Shown here: positions 8,822 to 15,665 of the stretch, one piece after another
Layout of the letters: every line of letters begins with the position of its first letter
Position numbering within the stretch: position 1 is the stretch's first letter
Source: Candidatus Heimdallarchaeota archaeon
GTDB taxonomy: Archaea > Asgardarchaeota > Heimdallarchaeia > Heimdallarchaeales > Heimdallarchaeaceae
Direction: 5' to 3'
DNA: 32,000 nt
Assembly: GCA_030668875.1 (NCBI GenBank)
Contig: DAOVER010000004.1
Span: 30,001-62,000 of the forward strand
The notes under the pieces: generated by a model
The model's database searches: none
Seen by the model: only the letters and a program-made list of their open reading frames with translations
What the model was told of the DNA's origin: nothing
Program-made: the position numbers and the translations under genes

Positions 8822-8907
8822 TTCTATACTTGCTCATTTTTCAACATATTTAAAAGTTGATACAAAAAACAGTTCATAGGTTATTATTATGAAGGTGTTG
8901 ATTTAAC

Positions 8908-9180
8908 ATGCCTAAGAAAAGAAAATCAGGGGGAAGGTCTGGAGGTAAAAGAGGACGTGCCTCCACTAAGACTTGTGCTGGTTGTGGTGCTAAAATCCCG
9001 ACTGATAAGGCAAAGAAATATACTGTTTATAGCAGTGCAGTTGACTTTAGGTTAGGTAGAGAACTTCGACAAGAAGGTACTTATATCCCTCGTCAGCAAA
9101 AAATTGTTTACTATTGTGTTTCTTGTGCTGTTCACAAGGGACGAACAAATATCAGAGCAAAAAAAGAGAGACGTGGTTAA
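8908..9180 (+). CDS. rps26e: 30S ribosomal protein eS26
   Basis: MPKKRKSGGR, CAGC..IPTDKAKK, YCVSCAVH zinc site; AGGTG RBS. Confidence 0.95.
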   Translation: MPKKRKSGGRSGGKRGRASTKTCAGCGAKIPTDKAKKYTVYSSAVDFRLGRELRQEGTYIPRQQKIVYYCVSCAVHKGRTNIRAKKERRG

Positions 9181-9224
9181 TCTATATCCACCTCTTCATT
9201 CTTTTCAACTTCAGAGGTATAAAA

Positions 9225-9806
9225 ATGAATTTTTTTTTCTTAATATCTTCCTCAACGATTAGGACATCAATTCCCAAAAAGATTAAATCTGTGGTAGGTG
9301 GGCAAGAAAGAGTTGATGTTTTTTCAAGAATTTTACTCAACCTTTGTCGTTGGAAAAATAGGTATAATGCTAAATTTGTAGTCGTTTTTTACTTATCACA
9401 TCCTGAGGAGAATTTTACTTTCACAATCCCTTTAAATCTTATATCACCTCCTATAGAGAATGAGTTAGAAGCTACTGAATTTATGGTAAACTTGCTAAAC
9501 TCTCCAGATAAACTAGGGATTAATATAGAGAAACAATATTTTTTCTCTTTACTAAGCAGCTTAGCTTCAGATTGTGATTTCTTCTATCTTACTTCTTCTG
9601 GTAAAGATATCTCAAAATTAGATGAGGATTCTATGAAATCAAACAATTTGTGCTTCATTTTAGGTAGCCAAATGGATTTAACTGATACTCAAGAAGAAAA
9701 TCTAAACAAGTTTGATCCCACATTAATTAGTGTAGGAGATAAGGAATACCTAGCATCTCATGTTGTATCTATCATTAATCACTATCTATTCACTAAATTC
9801 CAGTAA
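9225..9806 (+). CDS. trmY: SPOUT methyltransferase, TrmY-like (tRNA pseudouridine-54 N1)
   Basis: ERVDVFSR (cf. GRLDV..R) and a C-terminal SPOUT knot FILGSQMDL...ISVGDKEYLASHVVSIINHYL. GAGGT RBS before ATG 9225; the track's 9114 start overlaps rps26e. Confidence 0.6.
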   Translation: MNFFFLISSSTIRTSIPKKIKSVVGGQERVDVFSRILLNLCRWKNRYNAKFVVVFYLSHPEENFTFTIPLNLISPPIENELEATEFMVNLLNSPDKLGINIEKQYFFSLLSSLASDCDFFYLTSSGKDISKLDEDSMKSNNLCFILGSQMDLTDTQEENLNKFDPTLISVGDKEYLASHVVSIINHYLFTKFQ

Positions 9807-9855
9807 ACATGAAGATTACTAAAACTTTAATTCTTTCAGAGGAGTGATTAATATA

Positions 9856-10107
9856 ATGACTAACAATGATAAGAAACCTAAGAAAAAACTCGATAGTTCA
9901 GTCATTTCTAAGAAGATGTTAGCTGTTGCTTTTACAGCGCCTTTTGTCCTTAGCATAAGTTTTATTGCAATTGCATACTTTGCAACACTAAATGCAACTG
10001 ATATAATACAAACAATCTCTCTCGTTGTAGCAACATTTCTAGGCCTTGGACTTTCAATAGGAATTATCTTTTTTATGCAGAAAAGAATCAATAAAAAAAT
10101 TAATTGA
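9856..10107 (+). CDS. Small two-TM membrane protein of unknown function
   Basis: AGGAGTGA RBS before ATG 9856; basic N- and C-termini flank two hydrophobic helices. Confidence 0.65.
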   Translation: MTNNDKKPKKKLDSSVISKKMLAVAFTAPFVLSISFIAIAYFATLNATDIIQTISLVVATFLGLGLSIGIIFFMQKRINKKIN

Positions 10108-10243
10108 ATCGGAAGAAGAAACAACATAATCCTTCCTGCTTTACAACTTAAATTTTTCCTCTTTCTAGATTCTTTCTGTTAAATCATAAATTTTTTAAAA
10201 CTGGATTGTATAGCTCGAAATAGAAATCTACGAAGGGATTTTA

Positions 10244-11569
10244 ATGAAATTCAAAAAGAGACAAATTTTGATAATGGGAGCCGCTGGTAGAGACTTTCAT
10301 AACTTCAATACATATTATCGTGATAATGAAAATTATGAAGTAGTAGCGTTCACCGCGACTCAAATTCCTGATATAGTAGACAGGAAGTATCCTAAAGAGT
10401 TATCGGGACCACTATACCCGGAAGGAATAAGAATTTTTGATGAATCTGAATTGCCAAGACTCATCAAAGAATTGGAAGTTGATGAAGTAGTTTTTTCCTA
10501 TTCAGATGTACCTCATGAATTTGTTATGCACAAAGCCTCTCTAGTTAATGCTTTAGGCCCAGCTTTTTCATTACTAGGAACAAAGGGGACCATGGTTAAA
10601 AGCACAAAACCACTAATTAGTGTATGTGCAGTAAGAACAGGAAGCGGGAAATCACAAACTTCCAGAAAAATATTACAGCTAATAACCGAGGCTGGTAAGA
10701 AGATAGTCGCTATCAGACATCCTATGCCTTATGGAGATCTAGCAAAACAAGCCGTACAACGATTTGCTGACTATTCTGATTTGGATAAACATGAAACAAC
10801 AATAGAAGAGAGAGAAGAGTATGAACCTTATATCGATAAGGGTTTAGTAATTTACTCAGGTGTTGATTATGAAGCCATTCTTAGAGAAGCAGAGAAAGAA
10901 GCAGATATTATTCTATGGGATGGTGGAAATAACGATTTTCCATTCTATGAATCTGATTTGCAAATTGTAGTTGCTGATCCTCACAGAGTAGGACACGAAC
11001 TTACTTACCATCCTGGTGAAACCAATCTCAATCTAGCTGATGTAATTGTCGTCAATAAAATCACTACAACTGATTACGAAAACGTTCTTGATTTAGAAGA
11101 AAATATTCGTAAAGCTAATCCAAATGCTGTTATTATAGAGGCTGCCTCCCCAATCTTTGTTGACAAACCAGATATGGTTAAAGGCAAAAGAGTGTTAGTG
11201 ATTGAAGATGGACCTACTTTAACTCATGGAGAAATGCAATATGGTGCTGGGGTTGTCGCTGCGCTTAGATATGGTGCTAAGGAATTAGTTGATCCCAGAC
11301 CTTACTTGGTCGGTAGCATGAAAGAAACCTTTGAAAAATATCCAGATATCGGTACTTTACTCCCTGCTATGGGATATTTTGATCAACAACTGAAGGACAT
11401 GGAAGAAACAATCAATAATACTGAATGTGACGTTGTAGTTTCAGCCACCCCAATCGACATTACAAGATTGATTAAAGTTGACAAACCTATGGTTAGAGTG
11501 AAATACGAACTAGAGGAAATCGGTTTTCCAAAACTACAGGACATTCTAGAAGAGAAAGGTTTTCTCTAA
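10244..11569 (+). CDS. COG2403-type P-loop NTPase (cyclic 2,3-diphosphoglycerate synthetase-like)
   Basis: GAAGRDFHNFN, FTATQIP, Walker A GSGKSQT, RHPMPYG, IEEREEYEP, WDGGNNDFPF, EDGPTLTHG are characteristic of this family. Confidence 0.8.
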   Translation: MKFKKRQILIMGAAGRDFHNFNTYYRDNENYEVVAFTATQIPDIVDRKYPKELSGPLYPEGIRIFDESELPRLIKELEVDEVVFSYSDVPHEFVMHKASLVNALGPAFSLLGTKGTMVKSTKPLISVCAVRTGSGKSQTSRKILQLITEAGKKIVAIRHPMPYGDLAKQAVQRFADYSDLDKHETTIEEREEYEPYIDKGLVIYSGVDYEAILREAEKEADIILWDGGNNDFPFYESDLQIVVADPHRVGHELTYHPGETNLNLADVIVVNKITTTDYENVLDLEENIRKANPNAVIIEAASPIFVDKPDMVKGKRVLVIEDGPTLTHGEMQYGAGVVAALRYGAKELVDPRPYLVGSMKETFEKYPDIGTLLPAMGYFDQQLKDMEETINNTECDVVVSATPIDITRLIKVDKPMVRVKYELEEIGFPKLQDILEEKGFL

Positions 11570-11570
11570 A

Positions 11571-11607
11571 TTTTTTTTCTTTTATCTTTTCTTTTCTTTT
11601 CTTTTCT
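11571..11607 (+). terminator. Oligo-T/pyrimidine tract, probable terminator
   Basis: ttttttttctttatcttttcttttcttttcttttct immediately after the stop codon. Confidence 0.6.
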
Positions 11608-11706
11608 AATCATTTAAAATTTCTCCAATAGAGCATTGTATGAATTACCCACTTAAGTAACCTACTTATTCACTATCAAAACAAGTTTTTAATATTTCTT
11701 CCTCTG

Positions 11707-12528
11707 TTGAATCTGGTAGAGATGAAAGATTCAAGTTTTACTGAGGATAATATTATAGTGGAAGGTTCCGATTTATTCATAGTTTTGGATAAAAGAAAAA
11801 GATGGCTCACAAAAGCGATTTCTGGAAAACAGTTCCATTGCCACAAAGGTTTTTTTGACTATGATGAAATAATTGGAAAACCGTATGGTTCGCGTGTTAC
11901 TACAAACAAATCAGCAACTCTTTCAATTTACAAACCCTTACCTAGCGATTACTTAGCAAAACTCACCCATAGCTCGCAAATTATCTATCCTAAAGATGCG
12001 GGGATGATATTGATGAATACTGGAATTGTTCCTGGTTCTAAGGTTATTGAGACAGGCACAGGTAGTGGAGCTTTAACATCAATTTTAGCCAATTATGTTA
12101 GAACTGATGGACATATTTTCACATATGAGATAAGAGAAGAAGCATTTAACACTGCATCCAAAAACATTCAGCGACTAGGACTTGAATCCTATGTGACACT
12201 AAAGAATCAGGATGCTTCATTGGGGTTCGATGAAACTGATGTTGATGCAGTTGTGCTAGATTTGGGTGATCCTTGTGAAGTCATTCCTCATGCTTATACC
12301 TCTCTTAAGTACAGTGGGATTATTGCAGTTTTTCTCCCAACATATAATCAAGTGGAGAAAGTTTATACAAAATTGCGAGAATTTCATTTCGGAGAAATAA
12401 CTGCTCTAGAACTCATTAAAAGAGAAATGCAATTGAAAGTCAATGCTATAAGACCAAATACAAGGATGATAGGTCATACAGGATTTTTGATTTTTGCAAG
12501 AAAATTATATTACGAGGAAGAAGAATGA
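11707..12528 (+). CDS. trmI: tRNA (adenine-57/58-N1) methyltransferase TrmI/Gcd14
   Basis: SQIIYPKDAG, ETGTGSGALT, YEIREE, DAVVLDLGDP, RPNTRMIGHTGFL. The start may be ATG 11722. Confidence 0.93.
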   Translation: MNLVEMKDSSFTEDNIIVEGSDLFIVLDKRKRWLTKAISGKQFHCHKGFFDYDEIIGKPYGSRVTTNKSATLSIYKPLPSDYLAKLTHSSQIIYPKDAGMILMNTGIVPGSKVIETGTGSGALTSILANYVRTDGHIFTYEIREEAFNTASKNIQRLGLESYVTLKNQDASLGFDETDVDAVVLDLGDPCEVIPHAYTSLKYSGIIAVFLPTYNQVEKVYTKLREFHFGEITALELIKREMQLKVNAIRPNTRMIGHTGFLIFARKLYYEEEE

Positions 12529-12995
12529 CAATTATTTTCCGATGTAGTAATTGTGAGACAATTAATGACATTCCAAACAATCATCAGTATAAACTATGTA
12601 AGAAGTGTGGTAAAATAGTTACTTTCGAACCAGGTGAGTCTATTATTCTAGGTGATTCAGAGGCTGAGAGTGATATTTTTTTACAAAGTGGAAAGTTATC
12701 TACTTCAGAAGCGGAAAAATTCTTTAATGTTGCTGATACCCATGTCCAACAGATTTCAGCACTAATCATGGACCTTGAGAAGAAGTCAGGGACTTTACTT
12801 GACATTCAATCAAAATCTTTACCAGATACCATTCTATCTATTTTACGACAAAGTGAAACAAATTCTCTGGATGAACTAATTCGAAAATGTAAAATGTTTG
12901 ACATTTCTTTATTTAAAATAGAACAGATACTGATTCAACTAAAAAAAGAAGGTTTTGTATATCAACCAAAAAGTTGGTTGATATTATTAGCTTAA
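12525..12995 (+). CDS. Zinc-ribbon (DUF1922-like) plus C-terminal winged-helix protein
   Basis: IFRCSNC...LCKKCG; C-terminal IEQILIQLKKEGFVYQPK. ATGA overlap with trmI. Confidence 0.55.
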   Translation: MTIIFRCSNCETINDIPNNHQYKLCKKCGKIVTFEPGESIILGDSEAESDIFLQSGKLSTSEAEKFFNVADTHVQQISALIMDLEKKSGTLLDIQSKSLPDTILSILRQSETNSLDELIRKCKMFDISLFKIEQILIQLKKEGFVYQPKSWLILLA

Positions 12996-12998
12996 ATT

Positions 12999-13646
12999 TT
13001 ACTTATATTTTCGTTTGGCTAACTTTTCTTTCAACCAACCATACAAGATTAACCCAATAAGCGCTAATACAATAATTGTAAATGTTATCCCAATCCCTAT
13101 GATTGTTCCAGAAGAATTACTACCAAGGTCTACAACTGATATAGTAATGTTTTCTACAACGAGAAAATCCATTGCTGCTGCGCCAAATTCGCTAGTTGAC
13201 TCATATACATCTTCAGCTTTGAAGTAAATTGAAAGATTATATTTTGCTTCAATATTTACGACTTCAGCTACTATTGTTCCAGTAAATGTTTCACCGGCTC
13301 CAAGTGTTCTATGATTGTTATCAAAGTATATTGTGTAATTATAATCGAATTTATCATTACCATCTTGGTGCTTGAAATGAGCAGTTAGAGAAATTACATC
13401 AAGAGATAAATCACCAAAATTGGCTAATGTTGCAAAAATGTTTACATTTTCTCCTCTTACAAGATTTTCTTCTGATATTCCTCCACTAATACCTTGAATA
13501 TATCCGCTTTGTTCAATTGTTGAACTATTTTGAATATTATAGTTTATTTCTGCTTTTGTCATGTTTGCAGATGTAACCAAAGTTAACATCACTAATATTG
13601 CTAGAAAACTTATTCTCCTAAGTGGGCTTTTTTGCATTGTGATCAT
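12999..13646 (-). CDS. Type I membrane protein, translocon-associated protein alpha (TRAP-alpha/SSR1)-like
   Basis: Signal peptide, beta-sandwich ectodomain, single C-terminal TM helix and basic tail. Manual alignment to the SSR1 lumenal domain (see findings). Confidence 0.65.
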   Translation of the reverse strand: [215 protein letters not shown]

Positions 13647-14278
13647 CCTTCTTGAGTTAGCATTAAAGATAATTCTCTTTTTATCTTTCCTAATGCTCTA
13701 TCTATCCTTTTTTCATAAGTATTATTAATACTTATTTTTCTATCAGAAGTTTCAGCTATTAGTCCTCCCATACAGTCAATAAATTCGTTGGATAGAGTTA
13801 TCTTTGACTTAATTTTGTTTTCTTTCTCAGCTTTATCAGCTATACTCGAGAGAAACTGACTTGTGAAAATTTTCTTATCTTGTTTTCTACAATAGACGAT
13901 GACTACTGGTTCTTTAAGAGTTAAAACAGCTGTCAACAAAAGATTTTCTAAGCTTTTTTTATACTCCTTGGAGTCTGCCATTGTTTTGATTTTTTCTGTA
14001 GCTTTAGCAATGAATTCATAAACTAATTCATCGCGAAACTTTGTTAATTTCAACCTTAAATCTAATTCTTGTTTAGCTTTTTCTTTTGAAAACTCAGCTT
14101 TAGCCTTAGTTTCAGCTACTTTTACAATTTCCTCTTTTTTTTGCTGAATTATGGTTTCAGAATCTTTGTTAATCTCATGTATCTCTTTCTGCTGACTAGC
14201 CACGATATCTTTGATTAACTTATTCGTGTTTTCACGAATTTTGTCTATGATTTCTGGGTTGAAATATTCATCACTCAT
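13643..14278 (-). CDS. atpE: A/V-type ATP synthase subunit E
   Basis: Long charged N-terminal helix; C-terminal CMGGLIAETSDRKISINNTYEKRI (GG.....DG.I..NT...R motif). Confidence 0.85.
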   Translation of the reverse strand: MSDEYFNPEIIDKIRENTNKLIKDIVASQQKEIHEINKDSETIIQQKKEEIVKVAETKAKAEFSKEKAKQELDLRLKLTKFRDELVYEFIAKATEKIKTMADSKEYKKSLENLLLTAVLTLKEPVVIVYCRKQDKKIFTSQFLSSIADKAEKENKIKSKITLSNEFIDCMGGLIAETSDRKISINNTYEKRIDRALGKIKRELSLMLTQEG

Positions 14279-14384
14279 CTTCTAACTCTCCAAATTAAAG
14301 AGAATTTGAAAAAGTCTTGATAAGTTGAATTATAAAAGTATTGGTTTATAATTAAACCCGAATCAATACCTTATCATTCCATCA

Positions 14385-15407
14385 TTAGAATAGCGTTTCG
14401 TCCTCTGCATATCTGTAAGATATCACGAAAAGAACAAAGAAAATACATGCTGAGAGTGCAACAACCAGTGTTATCATTCCATTCCAATAACTTGCTATGA
14501 AGTTTACTGCTATGAATATAGGAACCATCAACATCCCCCCTCCTCCTCCGCTGTCTTTTGACATTTTCTTTCTCCACCTGATGAGAACTTCTGTTAGGCT
14601 TAGACCTACAGCTATTCCATTTATGATAAACATCGCTAAATGAGCTGAATCCCACTTTGTTACAAATATTAAGATAAGTAAAAATCCTCCAAACAGAAGG
14701 AATTTAATTACTAGCCCAATCCTGCTTTCGTCTGTTTTTGTATAAGATACCTGTGATGCTCCTTCTCGAAAGAACAAAAAGAAATTGGTTACTGCCATTG
14801 CACATGCTAAACACAAAACCACACCATAGAAGTATCCTGAATACAATACCCAAATATCCCAAATAGGACCAATAACGACAGAATAGTCAACATAGAAAGC
14901 TATGGCTACCATTAGAGGAATTGCTGCTAGTAAGAGGCCTGGGATAACAATCAGCATAGCTGGAACATTCTTTTTAACTCCAAATGCATATACTAGTAAT
15001 TTAACAGCAAAAAACGCTCCAAACACAGCTATAATGGGTGATCCGAATGGTAAGACAAAGAAGAACAAACAAAATATGGCATTTACCATATAGAATAACT
15101 TTGTGTCGATTCTGACTTTTCCAAGAGCTCTCCACATTAGTTCATATGAATTCGCAATTCTATCTCTTTTGACTATTGAAGCTAAAGTAAAAGGTAGTGC
15201 AAAAATGAGAGGCGAAATAATTTTCAAGATGACAAAATCCCCACTTCCTGAAGAGAAATATTCACTCTCTGACCAAAATATGAAAGAATCTAAAGACATG
15301 TCTTTCATTGGCCCTAGAAACGCCCACAAATAGAAGAAGGTCGGAAAAATAAAGATTTGAAGCAAGACAATGAATCTGTTAACCATCATTCCTCTCATAT
15401 CTACCAT
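14385..15407 (-). CDS. Polytopic membrane protein (~9 TM) of unknown function
   Basis: 340 aa, mostly hydrophobic helices; AAGGTG RBS at 15415-15420 (minus strand). Confidence 0.8.
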   Translation of the reverse strand: MVDMRGMMVNRFIVLLQIFIFPTFFYLWAFLGPMKDMSLDSFIFWSESEYFSSGSGDFVILKIISPLIFALPFTLASIVKRDRIANSYELMWRALGKVRIDTKLFYMVNAIFCLFFFVLPFGSPIIAVFGAFFAVKLLVYAFGVKKNVPAMLIVIPGLLLAAIPLMVAIAFYVDYSVVIGPIWDIWVLYSGYFYGVVLCLACAMAVTNFFLFFREGASQVSYTKTDESRIGLVIKFLLFGGFLLILIFVTKWDSAHLAMFIINGIAVGLSLTEVLIRWRKKMSKDSGGGGGMLMVPIFIAVNFIASYWNGMITLVVALSACIFFVLFVISYRYAEDETLF

Positions 15408-15461
15408 TTATTAACACCTTGGAAAAAAGTGTAAACGGAAATAAAAAAACATTTCCTTTTA

Positions 15462-15625
15462 ACGTCCCCGCTGGGTCACACGCTCGGGTTGATTTTTATC
15501 CGCCTTTCAATTGGGCGGAGAGCCCCCGGGGCATTACTACACCTTAGTTGTGGACCCTTTTCACCGTGATCTTGGGGGTAGGGATCACACTTTTTGACTA
15601 GGATCCCTACAAATTTGTGGGCGTC
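15462..15625. ncRNA. Candidate structured non-coding RNA or cis-regulatory RNA, family unknown
   Basis: 88/163 G+C by hand count (~54%) in an AT-rich background; several nested helices; lies between divergent genes with no ORF. Strand unresolved. Confidence 0.6.
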
Positions 15626-15665
15626 ACTGAACTAAACTTTATTAAATCTCGCATATTAATATTCA

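Noticed and set aside
9114-9224. N-terminal extension of TrmY overlapping rps26e
   Set aside because: The in-frame ATG at 9225 has a GAGGT RBS, and family similarity starts there.
9844-10107. Two-TM protein as Pen-2, AtpZ/AtpI or a signal-peptidase subunit
   Set aside because: Only size and hydrophobicity agree; no diagnostic residues could be matched.
9819-10127. Minus-strand 102-aa ORF
   Set aside because: Antisense to the two-TM gene, which has a strong RBS and matches the orientation of its neighbours.
14374-14655. 93-aa minus-strand ORF overlapping the 340-aa membrane gene in another frame
   Set aside because: Fully overlapping, no family motif, composition typical of an off-frame read.
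15462-15625. GC island as RNase P RNA, SRP RNA, 5S rRNA, tRNA, H/ACA or C/D guide, or TPP/cobalamin riboswitch
   Set aside because: No GAGGAAAGUCC/ACAGAA (RNase P), no SRP helix-8 motif and too short, no CCGAAC (5S), no T-loop, no RUGAUGA/CUGA. ACA follows a hairpin that lacks a pocket and upper stem. A loose TPP-like tail (CCAGCG.GGGA) lacks CUGAGA and CUGAU.
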